From Lama glama (lineage: Eukaryota): DNA of 64,000 nt. Within the stretch, counting starts at the first letter, position 1. The number at the start of each line of letters is the position of its first letter. Below, piece by piece: positions 23,331 to 35,487 of the stretch. The stretch lies in NCBI GenBank assembly GCA_028534125.1, contig CM052818.1, forward strand, positions 45,758,001 through 45,822,000. The letters run 5' to 3'. The notes beneath the pieces were generated by a model. It was not told the origin of the DNA. It saw only the letters and a list, made by a program, of their open reading frames with translations, and ran no database searches. Both the position numbers and the translations under genes were made by a program.

Positions 23331-25049
23331 TCTATGTCATGTCAAGGTGAATGCACTTCATCAAAGCTAAGAAGTCACAGCAGTTGTTCTCAGGTCTTTT
23401 TATTTTTATTTTTTTATTCCCTGAATTCAGGAAAAGTGTCTTCTGAGTGGCAGCTCGCCAAATATAGCAGCATGTCCCAGATGTGAAGCGCTGAGGTTCT
23501 CTGCCCAGAGATGGAGGGCGGGCTGAGTGTGCTGTGTGTGGGGCGGAGTGCTGGTCCTGGAGGCGGCAGGGCTGGGCCCAGAAGGGCTTCTTGTGCCAAA
23601 CATGTGCAGAGTGCCTACTGGGTGCTGAGCGCTGCGTCAGGCCGTCTCTTGGTTGCTCAGGGCAACCTTCTGCTCCACAGCTGAGTGTGGAATCCGCTCA
23701 TAGATGGGGAAGAATGTGGCTGAAATAGAGACAGAAAAGGAATGTCTCCAAGTCAAAACTGATGATGACACACTGATGTCTGTGCCACAGATGTGTCTCC
23801 TAGTTTCTGCGGTGGCGAGTTCCTCTGAGATGCTATGAAGCCCAGGAATTTAGAAAACACGCTCCATTGGTGTCTGTCCTCCTGGAGAAGGAGCCACACC
23901 CCGGCCCTCCTGCCACACATGTGTGCCTTCTTAAGCCTTGAATCTCTTGCCCAAGGGGCCCTGCCCCATTCAGGCTCCCTGTCCTCACCTGAGATCAGCT
24001 TTTCCAAGATACTCCCCTTTGATGTTCCAAAATCTCGAAGCCACATCTCGCTGGGCTGCTGTTCTGGGCTGTGCTGAGATAGCACCTGTGGGTGGATGCC
24101 CCTGGGGTGTGTCGCTTCAACCCACACTCACCTCCTGAGCCCCTGCTGCTGTGAATCCGGCCCCCTGCTAGATGCTGGTGTTTGTGTGGCAAGATCTGGT
24201 CTCCACCAGTGAGGACGTGCTGTTTCTGGTGGCAGAGGCATACTCGTAAACACTCCAGAGAAGCTAAAGGCTGTCAAAGAAGTGTAGCCAGAAGTTCCAT
24301 TGAAGATCTAACCTATGTGGAGTGGGGGTGGGGTTCTTTTTCTGGTCCAGCAATAATTAGGCAGGAGAAAAACCTTCTTGGTTGCGTTGGAGAGGGTAAA
24401 TCACATTCAAGGCTCTGAAGGTCAGTGCTCTCCCCAGAACTAGACCTTGGATGCGGTGCTATCTGGACCCCCTGGAAACAAATCAGACCTTAATAGGTGG
24501 GTGGCGCTCAGTTTTCTGGTGTGATGAAACGCTTTAGTTTCCAGAGTTGGAAAGGAAAAGCTGCCTTTTCTGTGAGCTGTGGACCTGGGAAGGAACGGTG
24601 ACATTTTCAGTCCTCAAGAGATGGATGACATCTGATGGACGCCACATAGAACTGGTGCCTGGGGGTGTGGCTGCAAACGAGACCCAAGGGTGTGTGGTTT
24701 CGTGTGGCACTGGGCAGTCATTCCAAGATCCAGGCCGCCACCAAAATCAGGGGCCTGTGGTCGGCTGTCAGTGACACCATGTTGGCAGCAAGAAACACAC
24801 GGCAGGAGGTCGGCAGGTGCAAAGATCCCAGCTTGGGCTAAGCCAGAGAGGTTTAGGACAATTTGCAGGCAAGGGGAGAAACTGCAGAGGGAGGGGCTGA
24901 CTTTCTTACTAATCTGGTGAGGAGAAGATTTGAGTGAAAGATAAAAATAATAATGACCTTAGTAGCACAGGTTACAGAAACATTCCTTTTTGTTTTAAAG
25001 TTTACGCAACATCTACTCGAAGAGGGCTGGCTCCATGCCAGGCCTGTAC

Positions 25050-26070
25050 CAGGCGGGCCCTGGGGGTTTAAAATAAATATGCGATGGGAATGAGAGCAGA
25101 GTGCGGTGGAACAGTTATGCCCGCGCCTCTCCAGGAAGCCGTCGCCGCCATTGGGATTCCCGCGTCCTCGCTGCTCCTCGTCCTGGGAAAGCATGGGTGG
25201 CAGGGGCCGGGCTCCCTAGGGAGGCCCTGCCGCTTCTCCCTGAAGCTAGAGAGGGAGGAGTGAACCGGACGGCCGGCTGGGTCCCGGGAGCCGCCTCGTC
25301 TGCGCAGTGGGCAAAGGAGCCTCTTCTTCCTCCGCCCCCGGGTGCTGGGAGGCCTCAAGGACAAACGGTGGGTGGAAACTGTGCGCCGGCTGAGCCCACG
25401 CGGATGAGAAGTGAGTGGGTCACAGGGAAGGCGAACCCCGCGGGCCGTTGCAGGTACTGGGAGCCGGCGTGCGCTACTGCGCGGGAAGGGGGCGGGGGGG
25501 GGGCCGGGCAGCCACAGGACTCTGGGCATTTTGTGTCTGGGCAGCACCCCAGACACAAATGGGGACCCTGGCTTCGCGCCCCGCCCCATTTGCTGGCAGG
25601 GATTTTCCTTGCAGCCCCTACAGAGATAGGATCCCCAGGGGCGTTTCCGGGGTTCCCTCGATCGCCGGGAAACCGAGCTCAGCTGCGCCGTCTCGAGGCC
25701 GACTGCAGGCCTCCAGGCCCGCGGAGCAGACTCTTGCTTTGAGGGCCCGCGCAGCTGCCAAAGCCAAGGTCCGGGCTCCGTGGGGACCCGAGGTGTGTAC
25801 ATGGACATTCTAACCCCCGCGTGGGACTTCGGTAGGGGTGTCCCTCAGCAAAACCGCCTGAGTACCTCCTGTCATAGTTCTTTTAATTCCCACAGAGCCC
25901 TCTCCCCTGGGTTCCAACGCCGAGCCAGGTGGGCACGGCGCCGGGACCCTGCACACCGAGCCCGAGGCACAGCCACTGCCCTAGCCCTGCGCGTGCTACC
26001 TCAGCGCTTTCTCCGAGCAGCCTTATTCTCAAGAGCACGGATCTAATAACCGTCTCGGGTCGCCCTTTGA
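25050..26070. promoter_or_regulatory. Orphan CpG island between the CYS1 and KLF11 3' ends
   Basis: About 1 kb of dense CpG; YY1-like gccgccatt near 25144-25152, GC boxes, tgcgca, kB-like gggattttcc 25599-25608; no recognisable gene. Confidence 0.6.
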
Positions 26071-26958
26071 GAATTCATGTTAAGTGATGACTCCTCAGCC
26101 CAGAGTAAGGACACACGCCCCTGTGCACACAATTTGCCTTCGGTTTTAGGGTGTTCCCCTCCCTCCAGGCGCCCCCCTGTAGACCTCCAGGGTTCTCTGG
26201 GCTGTTCTCTCTTTCTTGGCACTCTGCCCCGTGACCCTTGCCACCTTGGCATTCGTGCACCCTCACTGCCATCTCTTCCACTAGGGGACTCGAGTCCCGC
26301 CTGAGTTCCTCCTCCCTGCATCACAACCTGGAATCTTCCTCAAGGCGGCAAACTGGGTTCACTCCCCTTATTTCCTATCTCTCAGGGTCACTGTCTTTCA
26401 TGACCCAAGGTCCAGTTCCTGGAAAACTCCTTTCATACATTTTGTCTGGTGGTTATTTTGAGAGTGAGATTATATTCAGTTCCTGTTACTCCATCTTGGG
26501 CAGAAGTGGAATTCGTATTTTAATGTTTAAACTGCCACAACTTGGCCAGTGGGAGTTCCTTTGAATGACCTCTTTACCATTTAGCACAGGCCCTGACACT
26601 CTTGAAGGCAGCTGGCAACACGAGAATACTCTAAGCCTGTTCTGTTATTTCTGTGCCCAAAGACAGCTACCCTTCAAGTAGATTTTTGTTCGAAAACAAC
26701 TAAGGTTTTCTTCTACATACAAAATGAAAGTGCCAGGCTCTGAGATAGGATAGGCACATTACTCTATGTAATCCTCATTTCAGAAATGAGGAAACTAAAA
26801 GTAGAGTTCATTTCTCAGCAACACGTAGCTAAATGGAGTCAGATCTGCACCCAGTCCTGTCTCAGGCCAAATCCACACTACTTATCAAAGCTACCTGCCA
26901 GGAGTCTGGTAGACCTTCCCTGGGCCTTCCTCTGGACTCCTTCAAGACTAGAGGTTTT

Positions 26959-27098
26959 TAATTAACTTTTTTGTTTGTTTGTTTGTTTGTTGGAGGGAGG
27001 TAATTAGATTTATTTTTTTAATGGAAGTATTGGGGGTTGAACCCAGGACCTCATGCATGCGAAGCACACACTCTACCACTTGAGCTATACCTTTCCCC
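26959..27098 (-). mobile_element. tRNA-derived SINE, vic-1-like (Camelidae)
   Basis: Same family as 3668-3809 (gaacccaggacctcatgcatgc...ctctaccacttgagctatacc); TSD aagactagaggtttt (26944-26958) / aagattagaggtttt (27099-27113). Confidence 0.8.
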
Positions 27099-27269
27099 AA
27101 GATTAGAGGTTTTGATCACTACTAGTTACTTGCTTCATTTTATTGAACTCTATTGCAAGTCTGATCCACTTGCTAAAATGTAAGCTCACCCATAACAGGA
27201 ATCATATCACATCCATCCATCCACCCACCCACCCATTTATATATATATAAAATAAAATATATAATATGT

Positions 27270-27445
27270 ACAGAATGGAATACTACCTCAGCCATAAAAA
27301 AGAATAAAATAATGCCATTTGCAGCAATGTGGACCTGGAGATCGTCATTCTAAGTGAAGGAAGCCAGAAAGAGAAAGAAAAATGTCATATGATATCACTT
27401 ATATGTGGAGTCTAAAAAAAAGGACACAAATGAACTTCTTAAACA
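27270..27445 (+). mobile_element. L1 3' fragment (relatively young)
   Basis: aatggaatactacctcagccataaaaaagaataaaataatgccatttgcagcaa...ctaagtgaaggaagccagaaagagaaaga...tatcacttatatgtggagtctaaaaaa. Confidence 0.85.
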
Positions 27446-27939
27446 AACAAAGAAAAGAACATGCTGAAAAGAAACCTGTTTGCAGAGCCAGCTCAAGACA
27501 ATCCTGGGACCCACTAGGCTTCTAGGGAGTGTTGAGAAACCTTTGGGAACAAGCCTCCCTAACTTTGAGTGGACTGAGCGGGTCTCATCCCACTAGGGTA
27601 TGGTGTCCCTGGTGCCTGGACTTCCTCCCAGGATGGGGCCCATGTGTAAGATACATGTCTCAAGTCCCTCATTTTAAGAGTCCCTAAACAAAAGGAGCAA
27701 GTTGAAATTAAAGCAACAGTAGCTATTACAGCCAGAAAGTAGAACCTTAGGGACACAGAGGACAGCAGGTAAAGTCACAAAGCTGAGGGTAGCAGGCATG
27801 TGGCCACCACCCAGAAGCAAAGGGATTTGGAATTGGAGAGACTTTTCTAGGTGGAGTGCTAAATGCAAAGCCCGTTGTGATCCTTTACCCCCCACACAAT
27901 TGTGCACACACATGCACACCCATGACCAGGACTAGTGTG

Positions 27940-28420
27940 GTCTATGGAATCACATTCCAGGATGAGTGGTTTTGGAAGGCAGTGAGTCAACAAGACTGTG
28001 ACAGATTGGATATGGAGTGAGAAAGGAGCCCAGGATGACTCCAAGATTTTGCACTTGAACAGCTAAAAGGATGGCCTTGCTGTTCTTTTCAAAGACAATG
28101 GGGTCAGCTGTGGGAAAAGCAAGCATGGGCAAGAAGATGAGGAGCTTGGGCAAAGTCTGGGACACTGAATAGATGGGTGTCAAGCAGACAGATGGAAACA
28201 GGAATCTGAAGCCCAGGTGAGAAGAGCGAAGGAGAGACATGCACGCAGGTAGAGATGTGATTTTTATCTAAGTCACAAGGGTGGAAAAGATCACCCAGGT
28301 TGTGAGGGCAGTAGGAGTGGAGTCAGGGAGAGGAAGGGGACCAGCGAAGGAGCAGGGAGGTAGGAGAGCAGGAGAGTGTGGCCTGCGGGGGAGCCAACAA
28401 CCCTGTCTGTGCTGCTGGAC
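27940..28420 (-). mobile_element. L2 LINE fragment
   Basis: gattggatatggagtgagaaaggagcccaggatgactccaagattttgcacttgaacagctaaaaggatgg L2-like body. Confidence 0.6.
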
Positions 28421-28914
28421 AGGCCAGATGAGGACTGAGGACCGAGCCCACGGAAGTGCCTAGGCTCCAACAGCCGCAGGGGCTCGTCTAGTGGGGTGTG
28501 GACACACAGCCCCAGCCAGAGTGGGTTCCAGAGAGGACGTACTCCAGGAGCAGGAGTGAAGACCACGGCTCCGGGACGTACTTTTAGAGCCTGGGCTGGG
28601 AGCAGGGGAAGGGGATGCCTCCCACTCCACCTCCCAGCACAGGAAGAGTATGAGGATGAGGGTCACGGGTCACAGCACCCACGGTCCTGTTCTGCCAAGA
28701 CCAGTCCCAACATCAGAGTGGCCAACACAGAAGCAGACTCTTCACACATTTCTTTCAGAAAGAACCCTCCAAAGAATCTTAAGGGCATCCTGAAAGCAGA
28801 ACAGAACCCCAGAAACCAAAGAGGAAGGTCAGGTTGGGCCAATATACAATTTCATAGATTTTTCTGAAAAGCCACTGGGTATACTGTAGTCCAGTTACAT
28901 GACACAGAATACAG

Positions 28915-31268
28915 TCTAGTTTGCAAATCAAAAATGTTTTTATATGATTCAAAGAAAAAAGTTACATCGCACATATTCATTTAAATAAGTCAAAGTCTGT
29001 TACATAAAACATAATTCTGAAACACTTAAAATTTTATTACTGAAACTACTTAGAAGGCTCAAAGTCAAAAGAGATCAAGCAAAATTGCTCAGGCAGTAAA
29101 GTGCACTGGGGAAGTGCCCTCCTCTGACAGCCGGGCCGCAGCGGAGGGACTCTACACTGAACACACACCACAGGCGCTGGTTCTCCAACTGCATTTTTCA
29201 GATGAAGCTGTTTCCCAACTTACAGTTTTTCAATCGACAAACAGAGGGCCAAAAACTGTTGTTTACAGAAGGTACTTCGAAATCTCATCAGGAAATGGAA
29301 GTATAAATCAAAACTTTTTTTAAAAACACATCTATTGTTTGGAAACTAACTACATTGCTCAGAGAATGAAGTTCAATGTGACAAGCAACCAAATACTCAA
29401 AGACGTTGTATTATCCACCAGAACATTAGTAGGATTAACGTTATTTTGTATAACTAAGAGAAATATCCCATTTAATGCCATTTACAGCATACACACAGAA
29501 ATGTTTATGCTGATTTAAGATACGAGTAGTGGGAGGAAGGACTGGGTGGTGGGGAAACACAAACTATGTACATTTAATTACAGTTCTTTTGTAACTGTAG
29601 TATGTCTCATGACCAGGAGGAATACTCAACTACAGAAGTGTCCAAAGACATGGAAGCCTCCTAAACACACAGCCCTCACCTACAGACCTGTCACTTAGCG
29701 GCTGATACTAGAGGGTAATTTAAAGGGTGTCAAGTAACATACAGTGAACGACCAGGAGAGCGTTCTCAGACTAAAGGAAGGCCTGAACACAAAACCTAAT
29801 TATATTTATTCAGTATTTCACCTTACCATCGTTTTAATAAAGGTAAATGCCAATAACTAAGAGCCAAAGACAGAATCTAAATACATATGGCACAACAAAA
29901 ACCATTTGCAGGCTCCAAGAGCAGAGCAACATCCCCACATTCCTTACACGTGTTCTGTTGCTGGATTCCCAACACTGCCCAACAAAAGCAAGCTCGTGGC
30001 CTCCCGGACCCGGGGCGCAGTCTCTGTAATGCTCAGACCTGTGCTCACACAGCTTCACAGTGACGCCCATGGTCTGCTTTCTAGGCAGACTGCAGAACAC
30101 CCCACTCCCAAGTAATTCTCCATTTGATCAAAACAATTTCCTTCAAATAAAATGAATGAAAGGACAGCTGGGCAGTATTACTGCCATTTAGTGTAGCTTG
30201 CATTTCCCATAGTTCTTAATACTTAATAAAGAAATCAGAACACTGGAGCTGCACCATCTGCACGTGCCCCCACCTCAGATAAGCTGTACTTTGGTGGGAA
30301 GTTCCTCCAAATACTAAGGACATTTCCTTTTTCTCTAGGAAGTTACTTTACCCACAAAATACTTGGATAAGGCCACAGCAAAAGAAGTCAAACTGACAAC
30401 AAACAAAGCAGCTGAGTTTGAGTGCGTACATCACCTTTTTTGGTGTTTGAGGTACAAATGAGACTGTGAACGGTGTGCTCGCGGCAGAACAGACACTCAG
30501 ATCCTACGGCAGCTCTCTGCTCACCGGGTATCTATTGAGTATTTTAAGTTATCCTCTGGAGTACATTCCTCACAAGTCACACCACAGACACGGGTGACTA
30601 AGTTCTACTTAACCAAAATTTTAATTCCTTGGGCTACAGCCTTAAAGGAACGGTTGCTTGGTATTTCTCTTGAAAATGTTATGAAGAAGCTGACTATAAA
30701 ATTTTTTTTCCTCTCCCATTTATTTAAGAGGCCCCTGCTCAACCAGTTCTGATTCTAGAAAATTCTTAGATCTAAAAGGCCTAATTACAAAGTTGTAAAT
30801 TTTTTTGGCTAAATAATATTCCAAATTTTGTACTAAAAGGGTATAATTAAAATGTTAAATACTGAAAAGACTGTAAAATCATCTATCTAGAAATTAGTGA
30901 TTTGAGCACCAATAAAAATTTTTTATAAAAAACAGTATAAAAATTAGTACCCTGTCACGTTTCTACAAAACATGAATAGAAAGGTTGTAAAAATCCCGAT
31001 TTTGTAAGATTTATTGCCGAAATGTTTGTTTGAATGCTGGTGACTTAGATTATCAACTTTCCTTCCATTTCCTTAAAAGAACTTCTGAAACTGCAAAAGA
31101 TACTGAACAGGGTCCCAACCAAGAAAACAAGTCAACATGCCTTCATCAGAACCAGCTCTCTACCTTCCCCTAGCCCTCAAGACTTTTTATTTTGGAGAGA
31201 AAATCATCAGTTCCATTCCTGAAAGCAGGCTTTTACAAATTTCCATCCGCAATTCCCTGGCAGACCCG
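28915..31268 (-). other. KLF11: KLF11 3' UTR (about 2.2-2.35 kb)
   Basis: AT-rich and apparently repeat-free stretch after the stop codon; minus-strand AATAAA at 29033-29038 and TATAAA variant near 28938-28943 with downstream GT-rich sequence; exact end inferred. Confidence 0.6.
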
Positions 31269-31549
31269 TCACGCAGACGCTGGCATGCGCACCAGCGGGC
31301 TCCCAGGCTTCTCCGCTGAAGCAATTCTGTTGAGTTTGCCGACCTCCGCCTGCCAGCCAGGGATCTTCTTGGTTGTCATGTGGCGCCGGGCATGCTTTGT
31401 CAGGTGGTCGCTGCGCATGAAACGCCGATCACACACTGGGCACACAAACTTCTTCTCCCCAGTGTGAGTTCTGCGGTGGCGAGAGAGTTCATCTGAGCGA
31501 GCAAATTTTTTATCACAGCCATCCCAGCTACAGCTGAAAGGCTTCTCTC
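31269..31549 (-). CDS. KLF11: Krueppel-like factor 11, coding exon 4 (zinc fingers 2-3, C-terminus)
   Basis: Acceptor ctcttag|GA; (G)[95 protein letters not shown]11-specific tail. Confidence 0.97.
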
Positions 31550-33834
31550 CTAAGAGGTGAGAAAACACATACTAGAGAAAATATAAATGCTCAGCAGGTT
31601 GATTTATGTCATTTAAAAATTTTGCTCATCAAGACCTAAGGAAAAAGTAATATCCTATTCTGGAATCAGGTTATCTGGAAGTCAAGTAATTGTCCAAGAT
31701 GCATTTCTTCCTGCCACTCCCAAGATGTAGTATGTCAGGGCTCAACAATGTCAAACTCATCTAGTTATTCCAAAGATTTTTTAAATAAAGGTAAGTCTTC
31801 AACGGTTAACTGGAGGAAGATTCTTAAAAGGAATAATTCCTTCCCTCTCAGGAAGCTGCACATCTAAAAACAAATCCCTCCCAGGACCTACAAGACTTCT
31901 CAGAATCATTAATGCCATCTTCATATTTGTTATTACACTGACAAAGAGGTTAACTACAGAATGAATTAGAATTCTAATAACCACCTTCTTGTAGTTACAA
32001 GCCTCAAGTGTCTTTGTTCAAAGTTTCAGCGCACTTGGAAGGTGTCTCATACTGTCTTCCTGGAGGTGAGTGAGGGAGCCCTTGTCCGCAGGTAACAGTG
32101 TGGCCCTTCCCCTGAGTCCTCCTGGACCCTTCCAGCCAGCAGGAGTGCTCCCTTTCCTAGAAGTCCCTATCTTGACCAGGTTGTGACAATCACACACTGC
32201 TGTGCAACCTCATAAATGGATGTGTTCAACGCTGTTACGGGCTGTTACATGACCTACCTTCCTGAAGATTTATGACTTGCCTAGTTCATCCATCTCTGTA
32301 CAGTTTAGCTCCCAGCACAGCACTTTGTATGACAGGTGGTGAATAAATGGTTTTGAATGAATGATGATGAGACATCAGTTAAATATATCATGTTTTTCAA
32401 AGTTGAATTAGCAGGAAAATTCAGCATCACAATGGCTTTTTATGAACGATTCTAAGAAAAAAGGCCTCAACTTCATGGGCTTTCAAAGATCTCATGCTAT
32501 AAGCATAAGGTTACCTGTTTTCAGGAAACCACCACCACTGCTGTCAGCATACTGGATGGCCAGAGGGTGGACAGAGAACAACCACCCTTTGGCATAGGAT
32601 TTATAAAAACATGAGCCTTTGCTCACTCTACCTTATACTAATTTTAAAAATTTTCAGCTTAGACTGAAAAACCATCTTATCTAAGGTAAACTCACCCAAG
32701 GTTTCTATATCTTATGAAAACTCCAATTTAGTGTTTACAAAATGCCACAAGAAGTTGATTCTTCAGAACTTTTATGGTTACTTAAGTATATTGGGAAACC
32801 TGAAGCCCTATTTTATGCCACCCTGCCAGTATTTCTACCAAGGGAAACTGAATAAACAGTAATATCTCATTCCATTGCCTCCCCAAATGCATAATCTGTG
32901 TTTGGATGTGATCTGAAGTTCACCTCAGTAGTCTCTGAAGAGTTTGCGAAGTCAATGAGCCCTTCAGAGGTGCCGGTTCACACCAATACAGCCATGACAG
33001 CTACCCTGTAGCACCAATGACCAATCATCATTCACTAGTGCCAGGCTCTTAGGTCAGACACCAAGAATTTATATCCAGTGAGATCAAGTATATAAGTAAC
33101 TAAAAAAAAACAGAGGGAGAATGTGGTGAGAAACGTAACAAACCCCTAGGGTCAAATAAGGAAGGAGAGATCAGAAAATACTTCTAAGAAAGGCCCTTAA
33201 GCGGTTTTCAGTAAATAAGAGATAGTCAGAGAGCAGAGAGTGAAGGGGAGAGATGTGGACGTGGAGAGCAAAGGTAAAGGCAGAGAAGCAAGTTCTTCAC
33301 CCGCTAGGCCTGGGGCCTCATCCCTGAAGCAGACAGCCCACTCCGTAGCGTAGAGGGCAGCAGAGCGCCTTTTGTTCAGCCTACGTTCCAGACCCTGCTT
33401 CATTCCGCAAGCGGAAGCTGCCACAACAGAATTTTAATACGCTAATTAGAACCACTCCACCTCAAATGCATCTTAGAGTAAAGTACCACAATGACTCCCT
33501 CCAGTTCAGCCTTTCCCAAACAGCTGACAACATTCCCTGTTGTCCCGCAGGCCATCAGCAGACATTCTGGTGAAAAGGGTTCCACGATGGAGAGAGTTTA
33601 TGAACCACGACTTTACTGCGGAACCCGCGACCTGTTGCTGTGCTTGTATGTACATATGTGCGTGAACCTTTCGAAGGTGAGTTTAACAAGCAGACTATTT
33701 AACTACGGGACTTTTGAAAACAAAACAAAATGACTGCCACTAACTCAAAGAACAAGAGAGCTACAGAACACCTGAGACACTGCCCCAAGCAACTAAAGCA
33801 GAAGTTCTATCTACCAGGCAACCTCACCTCCGTT

Positions 33835-34000
33835 AAACAACATGGTAGCCACCAGCCCCTTGTAGCTGTACAAATGCAAACTTAATGAAAATGTAAAATT
33901 TAGCTCCTCAGACACACTGTTCACACTTCAAGTGTGTGTGGCTAGTGGCTACCCTCTTACTGGACAGATAGAGAGCATTTCCATCACTACAGAAAATTCT
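33835..34000 (-). mobile_element. MER3/MER33-like hAT DNA transposon relic
   Basis: aacatggtagccaccagcc...cacttcaagtg...tgtggctagtggctacc...ggacag...catttccatcactacagaaa. Confidence 0.65.
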
Positions 34001-34520
34001 AGGAACCCAATGAGGTAACAAAGAGATCACTAAGTCACTATAGTTACTTTCTTTTGTGACTTCTCAATTAGACACTATCCATTCCCAAAAGTAAAAAATA
34101 TTCCTTTAAAGTGCAAACAGTCTAGAATTCAAACTTCTCCATACTTTAGAAAGCTCTTTCCCTATAGTAAAACTAAGTAAATCACCTTGATAAGATGTTT
34201 ATCCAGTGTGAACGCACATTTTCTAAAATGCAAATAAAAAATGAGACGTCTACTGCAGTAAGAGGCAGCGAGAGCCTCACTCTAAAGCCCATCAAGGATC
34301 ACAGTCACAGAACGGTACTGTATTTATCTACTGGCTGAGCAGATGGATGGCCTGTTCTAGGAAAACCACTGGTGGCTGTACTAATGTTAACCCCAAGACT
34401 ATGAAAGCTTTTCAGAATCAAAGAAAAAAGGCCACCTTCTCCAGTGGTCCTCATGCCTTGATCCCAAAGGCGGCTTGATGTGTGTTTCCTTCCCAATGCC
34501 CGACCTGCCTCAGGACTCAC

Positions 34521-35487
34521 CTGTGTGAGTGCGGAGATGAGCCTTGAGGTGGGAACTTTTGAAGTAGGTCTTCCGGCAGCCTGGGAAGTTGCAAACATAG
34601 TTCCTCCTTCGGGAAAAGTCTACCTGAGGGGCACAGTTTTGACTGGATGCAATGAACACTGGAGCAGGGGCAAGGGGCAAGAACTTGGTATTTCCAACAG
34701 CCATTACACTCGATGAACACGTGGCAGGCTGGGGGAGGGCCCCCTGGGGCAGAACCAGCATCACAGTTCCCTGAGGCACAGATGGTCCCACAAACACAGG
34801 CTGGGGCACTGGAGCAGCGTGGGGTAAGATGGGTTTGACAGTCCCTGCAGACACTTGGGGGGGTGACTTCAAAAAAGCTGGTAACATGCCACTTTGTCCA
34901 GTCACAGGGATCATTTGGCAAAGGACAGGGGGACTAGGAATGGGGACAGAAATCAGAGGGGTGGCTTTCCTTGGCAAGTCATTTTCATAATTCTTTGGTG
35001 AGCAGGACTGAATTGCAACAGGCCACCCTACCTCCTGCTGGCCTTTATCAGCAGGGATCAGGCCACCAGACTTGTATGAGCAAGGCTGACAAGACACTGA
35101 GTTAACTTTGAGCAAACTGTCTGTGAGGTGTGTGTCCTGCAAAGCTTCAGTACATCTTGGAATCTGTGCTTCTACTTCTCTGTTGGCTGAAAGTTGGTAT
35201 TCTTGAGTCTGGGTGGTAGGAACGTGGGCAGGAGAAGGACTCCCCCCAGTGTGGCAAATGACACTTGTCACCATGGCCCTGCAGTGAGAGCTGGCAGCTG
35301 GCTCCAGCAGCTCTGGCTTCATACCAGGCAGGCCCCTCTCTGCCCTCCTGCTCAGCACTCTGGCTGCCCCAGTAGAGGCTGGGGGGATGGCCACGACCAC
35401 GGGTGCTTTGGAATCAGTTACTTGGGAAGGAACAAGTGTTCCTGTCGATGGCTCCACGAGGTCAGGACTCTGAGGAGGAGTCATGCA
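34521..35487 (-). CDS. KLF11: KLF11 coding exon 3 (R2/R3 repression regions, zinc finger 1)
   Basis: Acceptor (t)13aag|TGC, donor ACAG|gtgagt; CMTPPQSPD...KFLPLAPAP...[30 protein letters not shown]; 967 nt, phase 0 to 1. Confidence 0.97.

Noticed and set aside
25068..25813. 213-aa and 246-aa ORFs in the intergenic CpG island as a new protein-coding gene
   Set aside because: No recognisable domain, GC-driven composition, and overlapping on both strands; kept only as a regulatory finding
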